Assembly (NCBI GenBank): GCA_039588215.1
Contig: JBDHAD010000010.1
Location: forward strand, 10,403-74,402
Direction: 5' to 3'
Source of the DNA: Gemmatimonadota bacterium
GTDB taxonomy: Bacteria > Gemmatimonadota > Gemmatimonadetes > Palauibacterales > Palauibacteraceae
DNA: 64,000 nucleotides
Position numbers and translations under genes: made by a program. Each line of letters opens with the position of its first letter. Within the stretch, counting starts at the first letter, position 1. Below, piece after piece: positions 8,637 to 17,223 of the stretch. The notes beneath the pieces are model-generated. The model was given only the letters and a program-made list of their open reading frames with translations, was not told the origin of the DNA and did not search any database.

Positions 8637-9854
8637 ATGGGACGGATGTTTCAACGGGCCGCGCCCTCCGGCGCGGCCCTCCGCGTATGGTGCATCGTCA
8701 CGGTGAGCTTTGGTGGGTTGGGAGCGGTTGGAGCGATGGCATGCGCCGACAGCCCGAGCGCGCCGCCCCCTCCACCCCCACCGCCTCCGTCGGGCTTCTC
8801 GCTCACGACCGAGGTCGTGGCGGAGGGGTTCGCCTCACCCGTCTATCTCACCTCACCGACGGCAGATGCTCGCCTGTTCATCGTCGAGCAGCCCGGCAGG
8901 GTCCGGATCGTGGCCTCTGGCCAGCTCCTACCGACCCCCTTCCTGGATCTGACGGGACGGGTGCTGAGCGGAGGCGAGCGAGGGCTGCTGTCGCTGGCTT
9001 TCCACCCCGACTTCGCCTCCAACGGCTTCTTGTACGTCAACTACACCGACTCGAACGGTGACACGCGCGTCGAGCGGTACACTGTCGACGCGGACCCGGA
9101 TCGCGCTGACCCGGCCTCGGCAAAGGTGATTCTGCGAGTCACGCAGCCGTTCTCGAACCACAACGGGGGACAGTTGCAGTTCGGACCGGACGGCATGCTG
9201 TACGTGTTCATGGGGGATGGCGGAGCCGGCGGCGATCCGCTCGGATCGGGACAGGATCGCTCGACGTTGCTGGGTGCCGTGCTGCGGCTGGACGTGGACG
9301 GCGGGGACCCGTATGCGATCCCCACCGACAATCCCTTCGTGGGTCAGCCCGCAGCGCGTCCGGAAACCTGGGCGCTCGGGCTCCGCAACCCTTGGCGCGC
9401 CTCGTTCGATCGAGACACCGGGACACTGTATATCGCCGACGTGGGCCAGAATCGCGTGGAGGAGATCAACGCGGCCCCGGCGACGGCCGCCGGTCTCAAC
9501 TACGGGTGGAACGTGACCGAGGGGTCGTCCTGTTTCGCGACCGACCCATGCGACACAACGGGACTGACGTTGCCGGTCGCCGAGTACGATCACGGTCAGG
9601 GCTGTTCCGTGACGGGCGGGTACTCGTACCGTGGCCAGAGCATACCGGAGGTGGTAGGCCACTATTTCTATTCCGACTTCTGTGCGGGCTTTCTTCGCAG
9701 CTTCCGGTTGGAGGGAGGCACCGCCGTGGATCCGCGAGCGTGGGCGATTCAGGGTCTCGCATCCGTAACGTCGTTCGGTGAGGATGCCGCCGGCGAGCTG
9801 TACATCCTGTCGCAGGACGGGCGCGTGTTACGGCTTGTACGTGCGCAGGGTTGA
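8637..9854 (+). CDS. PQQ-dependent sugar (glucose/sorbosone) dehydrogenase family lipoprotein
   Basis: Internal ATG 8637 of ORF 8124..9854; the upstream part overlaps sat and is discarded. Signal/lipobox ...GAVGAMAC followed by a poly-Pro linker. Motifs GLLSLAFHPDF, NHNGGQLQFGPDGMLYV, GLRNPWR, NYGWN. Confidence 0.85.
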   Translation: MGRMFQRAAPSGAALRVWCIVTVSFGGLGAVGAMACADSPSAPPPPPPPPPSGFSLTTEVVAEGFASPVYLTSPTADARLFIVEQPGRVRIVASGQLLPTPFLDLTGRVLSGGERGLLSLAFHPDFASNGFLYVNYTDSNGDTRVERYTVDADPDRADPASAKVILRVTQPFSNHNGGQLQFGPDGMLYVFMGDGGAGGDPLGSGQDRSTLLGAVLRLDVDGGDPYAIPTDNPFVGQPAARPETWALGLRNPWRASFDRDTGTLYIADVGQNRVEEINAAPATAAGLNYGWNVTEGSSCFATDPCDTTGLTLPVAEYDHGQGCSVTGGYSYRGQSIPEVVGHYFYSDFCAGFLRSFRLEGGTAVDPRAWAIQGLASVTSFGEDAAGELYILSQDGRVLRLVRAQG

Positions 9855-9856
9855 GC

Positions 9857-9893
9857 GAGCGGCGGGCCACCCTGACGGGCGGCTCCGCCGCTC
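9857..9893. terminator. GC-rich hairpin between convergent genes (possible terminator)
   Basis: GAGCGGCGG (9857-9865) pairs with CCGCCGCTC (9885-9893). It lies 3 nt after the dehydrogenase stop and 7 nt before the OMP gene stop. No clear U-tract. Confidence 0.35.
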
Positions 9894-9899
9894 CTCGGC

Positions 9900-10712
9900 T
9901 CACAGACCGACCGAGAGACCGACGGTGAAGTGGAGCAACTCCACGTCGCTCAATAGCGGCGAAATGACCACACCGCCAAACCCGTCATCCCAGATGCTCC
10001 CTTCCACGAGGTACTCCGTGTCGTCGTACCTGCGGTACTGGACGTCGAAGTTCACCGCCAGTGGATTGCGTCCACGCCCGAGGATGAGGGCCAGGCCGCC
10101 TCCCCCACCGTACCCGAAGCTCACGTCATCGAAGTTCGTCGTCCGGTAGAACTCGTCATAATAGTAATAGCCGTCGTCGATCGAGCTCTCCGTGTAGAAA
10201 TAGCCCATCCCGACGAACCCGTTTATATAGGGCCGGATCGGTCCCGTGGGCAGCTGGATTTGGGGTCCGATCCCGAACATGGCGATGTTGTTGTGGGTCC
10301 CGACATCGAGCAAAACGCGGCCTGTACCCGGGAAGAAGGGCGCACCGACGTGCTCCGATCCGTACCTGACCCATCCCGCGTCGAAACGAAGGCCGACGAC
10401 GTTCGAGGGATCGAGCCCGTACACGAGATGCAGGTCGACTCCATATCCGTCATCCACGAAATCCCCGAACACTCCCTGAGGAGCGACGAAGACGAAGCCG
10501 CCCCCCAGCTGCAACCGGGAGCCGCCGCGGTACTCGTGGTCGTGCCCGTCGAACCGTCCGTGCCTGTCGTCATCATCTCGAGGTCGAGGTCGTCGATCCT
10601 GCGCGGCGCCGTCGGCAGGCATCCATATCATCGATCCCAGCGCCAACCCGGTGACGAGGCACACGAGGCGGCGAAACAGCCACACTCCTCTGGCGCTCCG
10701 TTGCGTACGCAT
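9900..10712 (-). CDS. Outer-membrane beta-barrel (porin/OmpW-like) protein
   Basis: ATG 10712 gives the signal peptide MRTQRSARGVWLFRRLVCLVTGLALGSMIWMPADGAAQ. Alternating aromatic/Gly strands (GFVGMGYFY, SFGYGGGGGLALILG). The C-terminal strand is LLHFTVGLSVGL. Confidence 0.6.
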   Translation of the reverse strand: MRTQRSARGVWLFRRLVCLVTGLALGSMIWMPADGAAQDRRPRPRDDDDRHGRFDGHDHEYRGGSRLQLGGGFVFVAPQGVFGDFVDDGYGVDLHLVYGLDPSNVVGLRFDAGWVRYGSEHVGAPFFPGTGRVLLDVGTHNNIAMFGIGPQIQLPTGPIRPYINGFVGMGYFYTESSIDDGYYYYDEFYRTTNFDDVSFGYGGGGGLALILGRGRNPLAVNFDVQYRRYDDTEYLVEGSIWDDGFGGVVISPLLSDVELLHFTVGLSVGL

Positions 10713-10854
10713 CGGCTCCTCCGATCCGTTTCCCCTGCCTATATCCTGCAGGCTCGGGCGTCGCACCGCACTCAGCCTTCGCCCGGGCCCTCCCCATACG
10801 TCGAGAGGTCGGTTACGCCCTCTCAGGGGAAAGACGCGACACAGCCGGCGAGCG

Positions 10855-11649
10855 TCACACGTGGGCCGTGCCTTCCAGATAGAGCACCGCTCGCCCCGCG
10901 ATCTTCACACGCTCTCCGAGGTCCTCGCAGAACAACTCCCCTCCACGCGCCGAGATCTGTCGCGCGTGGAGTTGCGCGCCCGTGGCTTTGGAATCGAGGC
11001 GGGAGGCCCAATACGGGATGAGCGTGCAGTGCGCGGAACCGGTGACCGGATCCTCTGGAACGCCCACACCGGGCGCGAAGAAGCGCGAGACGAAGTCGCA
11101 CCCCGTTCCGGCTGCGGTGACGATGATCCCCAGCCGGTCCAGTGTGCGCAGGCGGTTGAAGTCCGGCTTCAGCTTACGGACGTCTTCCTCGTTCTCGAGC
11201 ACGACCAGATAGTCCCGCACCGCGGCGAGCACTTCCAGCGGCTCGACCCCGAGCCCCTCGACGAGCGCTCTCGGAGCTTCCTTTGGCTCGGCCGGGCGTG
11301 ACGGGAAGTCCATCGATAAGAGCTCCCCCTCCCGCTCGACCATCAGCTCCCCGCCGCGGGTGCGAAACCTCACGCTGGCGCGCTCCGGCGAGATCCGATG
11401 AAAGATGACCCACGCCGACGCGAGGGTCGCGTGCCCACACAGGTCGACCTCGGCGGTCGGGGTGAACCAGCGAAGCCCGTACTCGTCGCCCTCGGGGATG
11501 AAGAACGCGGTTTCCGAGAGGTTGTTCTCGGCCGCGATCGCCTGCAAACGGTCGTCCTCGAGCCAGCCGTCTAGTGGGCACACCGCGGCCGGGTTCCCGC
11601 GGAACAGCTCGCCGGTGAACGCATCAAGCTGGAATATCGGCACTTGCAT
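10855..11649 (-). CDS. PhzF-family isomerase (phenazine biosynthesis-like protein)
   Basis: MQVPIFQLDAFTGELFRGNPAAV..., NLSETAFF, FTPTAEVDLCGHATLA, FAPGVGVPEDPVTGSAHC are all PhzF/YddE hallmarks. Confidence 0.85.
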   Translation of the reverse strand: MQVPIFQLDAFTGELFRGNPAAVCPLDGWLEDDRLQAIAAENNLSETAFFIPEGDEYGLRWFTPTAEVDLCGHATLASAWVIFHRISPERASVRFRTRGGELMVEREGELLSMDFPSRPAEPKEAPRALVEGLGVEPLEVLAAVRDYLVVLENEEDVRKLKPDFNRLRTLDRLGIIVTAAGTGCDFVSRFFAPGVGVPEDPVTGSAHCTLIPYWASRLDSKATGAQLHARQISARGGELFCEDLGERVKIAGRAVLYLEGTAHV

Positions 11650-11833
11650 CCTATCGCTCCGTTTCTATCGCGGGCGGCTCGAATAGGCTCTCCGAACGTC
11701 TTCGAGCCAGTTGCAGCCGACGATCCGACACCTAACGCTACCCTTCGCGCTGGGCTGTCGCGACCCCGGAGCGAAGATCGATCCGCGACGCGTCCTTGCA
11801 CGGAACGGTGCAGTACCCGACGATCGAACGATC

Positions 11834-12808
11834 ATGGAGCCAACGACCCGAGCTACGTCGGAGATCCCGCAACCGGTGCTTCCGGTAATCTTCCACGAGG
11901 CGTATGAGGTGGACATCGGGCCGCACGTCTTCCCGACCGCCAAATACCGTCTGATTCTGGGTCGCCTCATCGACGAGGGCCTGGTCGCCGCGGCGGACAT
12001 CTTCCGCCCCGAGCCCGCAACGGACGAGGAGATCACCCTCGTCCACACCACCCGCTGGATCGACAGGCTGAGCTCGGGCAAGCTCAGCATTTTCGACGAG
12101 ACTCGGCTCGAGCTGCCGTTCTCTCCCGCCCTTCGTGATGCGGCGTGGCTTAGCTGCGGAGGCGCGATCCTCACGGCTCGACTCGCGCTGGAGCGCGGCG
12201 TGGCGGTCCACCTCGGGGGAGGATACCACCATGCGTTCGCGGGACACGGGGAGGGATTCTGCCCACTGAACGACGTGGCGGTCGCCGTACGCGCCCTGCA
12301 ACGAGCCGGCGAGATCGACTCGGCCCTGGTAATCGACCTCGACGTACATCACGGAAACGGCACCGCGGCCATTTTCGCGGATGACGCGTCGGTCTTCACG
12401 CTTTCCATGCACCAGGACAACAACTACCCCTTCCCCAAGCCGCCGGGAGATCTGGACATCGGACTCCGAGACGGAATCGGTGACGACGAGTACCTGGCGC
12501 TGCTGGCCGAGCACCTCCCCAGCGTGCTCGATGGCTGGGGCCCTTCACTCGCGTATTACTTGGCGGGTGCGGATCCGTACCGGGGCGATCAGCTCGGCGG
12601 GCTCGGATTGACGATGGATGGATTGCGCCGCCGGGACGAGTACGTGTTGCGGGAGCTCACCCTGCGCGGTATTCCGGTCGCTATCTGTCTCGCGGGCGGC
12701 TACGCGAGCCATACCGAAGACACGGTCGCGATCCATTGCGCGACCGTGAAGGCCGCGCTCGCGTGTTTCTCCGGGCAGTTCCCTACGCCAGGCGAGGCGC
12801 CGGCCTGA
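11834..12808 (+). CDS. Histone deacetylase-family (acetoin utilisation/acetylpolyamine amidohydrolase-like) protein
   Basis: GGGYHHAFAGHGEGFCPLNDVAVA, IDLDVHHGNGT, AGADPYRGDQLGGL. ATG 11834 chosen inside ORF 11711..12808. Confidence 0.85.
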   Translation: MEPTTRATSEIPQPVLPVIFHEAYEVDIGPHVFPTAKYRLILGRLIDEGLVAAADIFRPEPATDEEITLVHTTRWIDRLSSGKLSIFDETRLELPFSPALRDAAWLSCGGAILTARLALERGVAVHLGGGYHHAFAGHGEGFCPLNDVAVAVRALQRAGEIDSALVIDLDVHHGNGTAAIFADDASVFTLSMHQDNNYPFPKPPGDLDIGLRDGIGDDEYLALLAEHLPSVLDGWGPSLAYYLAGADPYRGDQLGGLGLTMDGLRRRDEYVLRELTLRGIPVAICLAGGYASHTEDTVAIHCATVKAALACFSGQFPTPGEAPA

Positions 12809-13553
12809 GCCACGCACTCCAGCTCGATTCGAGGGCGCCATCCCAGGCCTCGTCGAGCTCTTCCTTCGTATCGAACTCCTGCCGCGCGAGCTCTCGGTAT
12901 GGTAGCTGGAGGGGAACCGCGTCGCGGAACGGGAACGGGTCTACGTGCACGAGGTCCTCACCCAACCACGTGAGGTGAAGAAGCGGCCCATCCGGGGTTC
13001 TGAGGTGACGCAGATTATCGATCCAATCGGGGCGCTGCCCATCGTCACTCCCCGGAGGCGTCAGGCAAAGGAAGATCGACAGATTGTCGAACAGACGCAG
13101 ATAGGCGAGTTGCCGGGACAACTGCTCGTCTTCCTCTTCGTCCAGACCGAGTGCCTCGGCCAGCCGCCGGCGCCTATTCGCCTCTCCTCGGATGAACTCG
13201 GAGGCTTCGCTCGAGTCGAGGAACTCCGCGTAATGCATGCTGGCCAACAGGGCGGCGTGGCACGACAGACTCTCGAGCCGGTCCAGGCCGTGCTTGTACG
13301 CCGCGAGCTTCGGCTCGAGCGGGTGCGTGTGGAAGGAATGCGGGCGCCCGACCTCGCCATCCAGGACTGGGGTGTGGTCCAACTCGAGCCACGGGGCGTC
13401 ATGCAGCGCGGTCGCCAACACGAGATCAAACGGCAGCGGTGTCGGTGCGCGCTCGAATCCGACCCAGCTCATGGCGAGCTGCCCCGAAAGGAGCGCGTGA
13501 TCGTGCTGCCGCAACAGGCGAAGCCGACCGTCGAGGCGAGCCTGTACAAGCAT
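12783..13553 (-). CDS. DUF3891-family protein (function unknown)
   Basis: The N-terminus MLVQARLDGRLRLLRQHDHALLSGQLAMSW matches, from memory, the DUF3891 pattern (M-hydrophobic-x-Q...Q-x-x-HA-x-LSG-x-LA-x-x-W). 256 aa. The 3' end overlaps the convergent HDAC-like gene by 26 nt. Confidence 0.55.
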   Translation of the reverse strand: MLVQARLDGRLRLLRQHDHALLSGQLAMSWVGFERAPTPLPFDLVLATALHDAPWLELDHTPVLDGEVGRPHSFHTHPLEPKLAAYKHGLDRLESLSCHAALLASMHYAEFLDSSEASEFIRGEANRRRRLAEALGLDEEEDEQLSRQLAYLRLFDNLSIFLCLTPPGSDDGQRPDWIDNLRHLRTPDGPLLHLTWLGEDLVHVDPFPFRDAVPLQLPYRELARQEFDTKEELDEAWDGALESSWSAWLRPAPRLA

Positions 13554-13700
13554 ATTGATATACTTCCATCCGCGACGCCCGTTGACCAGCCCGGTCTGGT
13601 TGCTTTACACGTCAGGAGGTGCGGCCGATATTGCCATTGGTTGCCACGCTGGCGCCCGGTCAGACCGTCGACCGTTCCCCGCTCGGAGGACACACTGCCC

Positions 13701-14261
13701 ATGTGGATCGCGCTCATCATACTGGCCGTGATCGCGTTTGTCGTCATCGGCATGTACAACTCGCTGGTCCGACTGCGCGTGCGCGTCGACGGCGCGTGGG
13801 CGGACATCGACGTCCAGCTCAAGCGACGCTGGGACCTAATTCCGAACCTCGTCGAGACCGTCAAGGGGTACGCGAGCCACGAACGCGATACGCTCGAGGG
13901 CGTCGTGGAGGCCCGCAACCGCGCGATGAGCGCGCAGGGTCCGGCAGCGAAGGCCGAGGCCGAGGGCGCTCTCAGCGGCGCGCTCCGTCAGCTCTTCGCG
14001 CTCGCCGAGGCGTACCCACAGCTACGAGCCGTGGAGAGCTTCACCCAGCTTCAGGGTACGCTGAACGAGATCGAAGGCGCCGTGCAGAACGCTCGACGCT
14101 ACTACAACGCCGTCGTGCGGGATTACAACACGAAGACAGAGGTCTTCCCCACCAATCTGCTCGCCGGGATGTTCGGCTTTACGCGCCGAGAGTTCTTCTC
14201 GCTGGAGGATGAGAGTGAGCGCGAGGCGCCGAAGGTCAGCTTTCAAGACAGCCCGAGCTGA
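13701..14261 (+). CDS. LemA-family membrane protein
   Basis: N-terminal TM helix MWIALIILAVIAFVVIGMYN. Then NSLVRLRVRVDGAWADIDVQLKRRWDLIPNLVETVKGYASHERDTLEGV and RYYNAVVRDYNTKTEVFP, the canonical LemA signature. Confidence 0.9.
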   Translation: MWIALIILAVIAFVVIGMYNSLVRLRVRVDGAWADIDVQLKRRWDLIPNLVETVKGYASHERDTLEGVVEARNRAMSAQGPAAKAEAEGALSGALRQLFALAEAYPQLRAVESFTQLQGTLNEIEGAVQNARRYYNAVVRDYNTKTEVFPTNLLAGMFGFTRREFFSLEDESEREAPKVSFQDSPS

Positions 14262-14334
14262 GGCGATCTGGGGCTTGCGGCCGTCCGTGATTCCCGGGCG
14301 GCCACGCCTCCCACGGCTCAGCGGAAGCCGGACC

Positions 14335-16188
14335 GTGGTCAGGCGCGTCTCGCTGGCGTTGGCCAGCACGCTGGCGCTCCAGGGATTTGCGACACTTCCC
14401 GCACGCGCGGCGCTCGCCCCGGCGCCACCCGCCCCCTCCCGGGCGGCATTTGCCCCGCACGGACCGGCGCGTGGGCCCGCTTCCTCCACTCGCTCCTGGG
14501 AGATCGAGAGCTTCGACGCCCGGATCACGGTCCTTCGCAGCGGTGAGATCGTCGTGACCGAGACGATCCGCCCCCGATTCGAGGGCAGCTACAACGGGAT
14601 CTACCGAACGATCCCCATCGACTACCGCACCCCAACGGGCTTCGCGTACAAGCTGCGTCTGGACGTGGAGAGCGTGGCAGACGAGCGAGGGAACGAGCTC
14701 CGACGCGAGGTCGGTAGGGAGAACGGGAACCTCGAGATCAAGGTCTGGATTCCCGGGGCTGCGGACGCGACGAAGACGGTCGTCCTGCGATATCGCGTGA
14801 AGAGGGCGCTCCGCCACTTCGAGGCGGACACCGAGCGGGAGGGTATCGCCGAAGCGTACGACGAGCTGTACTGGAACGTGACCGGAACAGAGTGGCCGGT
14901 GCCCATCGGGTCCGTCCGCGCCACGGTAGAGCTACCGGTCGAGGCGACCGGGGTCCGGGCGCACGCATTCACAGGCGCGTACGGGTCCGTCGCCCAGGAT
15001 GCGAACCTTCTCATCGAAGGGCCCGTCGTAACATTCACGACTCGCCGCAGCCTGGGATTCCGCGAGGGTCTTACGGTGGGGATCGCCTGGGATGCGGATG
15101 TGGTGGAGCGGCCCTCGACGCTTGACGAAGTCGGCTTCTTCGTGAGCGCCAACTGGCCGCTCGTGCTTCCAGGGTTCGCGTTCTTCGCGATGTTCAGCGC
15201 CTGGAGGCGCCGCGGAAAGGACCCCGAGATCGGGTCCATCGAGCCCCGCTACGATCCGCCGGAGGGCCTGAGCCCGGCCGAGGTCGGTGTGGTGGCGGAC
15301 AACTCCGCCGACATGCGCGATATTACCGCCACGCTCGTCGACCTGGCCGTGCGGGGCTACCTGATCATCGAGGAGAAGGAAGAGAAGAAGCTGCTCGGCC
15401 TCATCACGGACAAAGAGTACGTCTACCACCTTCGACGAGATCAAACGTCGTGGGAGGAGCTCCGGCCGCATGAGCGCAAGCTACTCCGCGCCGTGTTCGG
15501 ACGTTCTCAAGCCGTCGTCGAACTCTCCGACCTGCGCAACAAGTTCTACAAACATCTGCCGGACCTGAAGGACCGACTGATGGATTCCCTCGTCGAACAC
15601 CGCGTGTATGTCCGCCGCCCCGATCACGTCGCGGGTCGCTACATCGCCCTGGCCATCGGTGTCGGCGTAGCTATCGTGGCGCTCGGGATGATCAGTGCAT
15701 CGCGCCTCGGGCTCGCTACACTCCCGGTCATCATCGGTGGGGTCCTGACGGCCCTGATCATCGGAGGGTTCGGCCTGATCATGCCGGCACGCACTCGTGA
15801 AGGGGCGCGGTTGTTCCGCCTGGTCCGCGGGTTCGAAGAGTTCCTCTCGAGGGTGGAATCCGACCGGTTCAAGCGGATGATCACCGGGCCCGAGCAATTC
15901 GAGGCGCTTCTACCCTTCGCCATGGCCCTCGGCGTCGAGGAGAAGTGGGCCTCCGCGTTCGATGACATGTATCGCGAGCCACCCGAGTGGTACCGAGGGT
16001 CGAGCTTCCATCATTTCAACACGCACGTCTTCGTCTCCGATCTGGGTCGCATGACGGGGCAAACGGCGAATGTGATGCGATCCGCGCCCCGCAGCTCCGG
16101 CGGGTCGAGCTTTGGCGGCGGCGGCTTTTCGGGCGGGGGTGGCTTCTCGGGTGGCGGGTTCGGTGGCGGAGGCGGCGGCGCCTTCTAG
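14335..16188 (+). CDS. DUF2207 domain-containing membrane protein (LemA partner)
   Basis: Signal-like VVRRVSLALASTLALQGFATLPARA. N-domain ESFDARITVLRSGEIVVTETIRPRFEGSYNGIYR. Several TM helices and a Gly-rich tail GGGGFSGGGGFSGGGFGGGGGGAF. The start is uncertain: the ORF is open from 14209, GTG 14335 chosen. Confidence 0.8.
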   Translation: MVRRVSLALASTLALQGFATLPARAALAPAPPAPSRAAFAPHGPARGPASSTRSWEIESFDARITVLRSGEIVVTETIRPRFEGSYNGIYRTIPIDYRTPTGFAYKLRLDVESVADERGNELRREVGRENGNLEIKVWIPGAADATKTVVLRYRVKRALRHFEADTEREGIAEAYDELYWNVTGTEWPVPIGSVRATVELPVEATGVRAHAFTGAYGSVAQDANLLIEGPVVTFTTRRSLGFREGLTVGIAWDADVVERPSTLDEVGFFVSANWPLVLPGFAFFAMFSAWRRRGKDPEIGSIEPRYDPPEGLSPAEVGVVADNSADMRDITATLVDLAVRGYLIIEEKEEKKLLGLITDKEYVYHLRRDQTSWEELRPHERKLLRAVFGRSQAVVELSDLRNKFYKHLPDLKDRLMDSLVEHRVYVRRPDHVAGRYIALAIGVGVAIVALGMISASRLGLATLPVIIGGVLTALIIGGFGLIMPARTREGARLFRLVRGFEEFLSRVESDRFKRMITGPEQFEALLPFAMALGVEEKWASAFDDMYREPPEWYRGSSFHHFNTHVFVSDLGRMTGQTANVMRSAPRSSGGSSFGGGGFSGGGGFSGGGFGGGGGGAF

Positions 16189-16222
16189 CAGCCGGTCGCT
16201 GACGGTCTCAAAGGAGTCTGAC

Positions 16223-16693
16223 ATGAGCGCACAAGTGGGCGACCTGGCCCCCACCTTCGAGCTTCCCCACCGACCCGGCGAGACGACCGATCTGTCGGAT
16301 CACCTCGGGAGAGAGAAGGTCGTCCTCCTCTTCATCCCGCTCGCCTTCAGCCCTGTTTGCACGACCGAGCTCGGCACGGTGCGTGACGCTTGGGAGGGGT
16401 GGGCGGATCTGGACGCGAGCGTATTCGCCATCTCGGTCGACAGCCCGTTCGTGACCGCGCACTTCCGCGATATCGAGGACTTCCCCTTTCCCGTCCTGTC
16501 AGATTTCAACAAGGACGTGAGTCGCACCTACGGAGTCCTCGCGGAAGACCTCGCGGGTCTCAAAGGCGTCGCGAAGAGGTCGGTCTTCGTGATCGGGGGT
16601 GACGGTCGGATCGCCTACGCATGGGTCTCCGAGGATGCCGGCGTCGAGCCCGACTACGACGCGGTGCGGGCGGCCGTCGCCGCAGCAGGCTGA
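16223..16693 (+). CDS. Peroxiredoxin (AhpC/TSA family, AhpE/Bcp-like)
   Basis: AAGGAG sits 6 nt upstream of ATG 16223. Catalytic context VVLLFIPLAFSPVCTTEL. Confidence 0.88.
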   Translation: MSAQVGDLAPTFELPHRPGETTDLSDHLGREKVVLLFIPLAFSPVCTTELGTVRDAWEGWADLDASVFAISVDSPFVTAHFRDIEDFPFPVLSDFNKDVSRTYGVLAEDLAGLKGVAKRSVFVIGGDGRIAYAWVSEDAGVEPDYDAVRAAVAAAG

Positions 16694-16703
16694 TCGCGCA
16701 CCC

Positions 16704-16740
16704 CCGACGGCCGGACCAGGTCGGCCGGTCCGGCCGTCGG
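16704..16740 (+). terminator. Perfect 14-bp GC hairpin directly after the peroxiredoxin stop (putative terminator without U-tract)
   Basis: CCGACGGCCGGACC (16704-16717) pairs with GGTCCGGCCGTCGG (16727-16740) around a 9-nt loop. It begins 11 nt after the TGA. Confidence 0.4.
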
Positions 16741-16945
16741 TCGGCTCCGAGCCGTGGCAGCTCCCGTCCCCGCACGCTGGAGTCACCCAAGGGAGCGAAA
16801 CGCCACACCGGCTAGCAGAAAGCCAAACCTCTCGGCGCCCCCGATCCGGCGGGCGTGGGACTCCCCTCGCCGCGCAGCCGGGTAGGGCGTAAGGATCGAG
16901 CTTCGCCGGAGAAGGCAGCGGGCCAATCGCGGTCCACACAGTGAA

Positions 16946-17006
16946 CGCACATGTATAACAATGCTATGCAATGTTTTACATGCGTTCTTCTAATGTACTG
17001 TATGTG
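16946..17006. promoter_or_regulatory. AT-rich island (about 31% GC) with palindromic ATGTA/TACAT motifs; candidate promoter/operator
   Basis: Counted 17 G+C in 55 nt (16951-17005), against about 68% in flanking DNA. ATGTATAACA (16951-16960) is an inverted repeat (9/10) of TGTTTTACAT (16973-16982). A further ATGTAC lies at 16993. The island is about 220 nt upstream of the GGDEF gene. Confidence 0.3.
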
Positions 17007-17223
17007 GCCTTGGTCCCGAGCCACGGCGCGGCTCGATCCGGCTGTCGGCTGCTGGAGCTCCTGACCACCGCGCTGGCTACACCGGCGGTCAGCGGTGCCA
17101 GCCGACCCACGTGATCCTCCCCCGAGCCTGGCAAGCGGCTTGAACCCTTGAGACCCTGATCCGTCAGCGACTCGCTGGCTTGGAGCCCTCGCTGAGTGAC
17201 CCCGGTCATTCCGGATAGGTTAG

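Noticed and set aside
17010-17223. c-di-GMP riboswitch upstream of the GGDEF gene
   Set aside because: I could not find the GEMM-I (ACGCAAAGC/GGGCAAA tetraloop-receptor) or c-di-GMP-II cores. The region is reported only as an unclassified structured leader.
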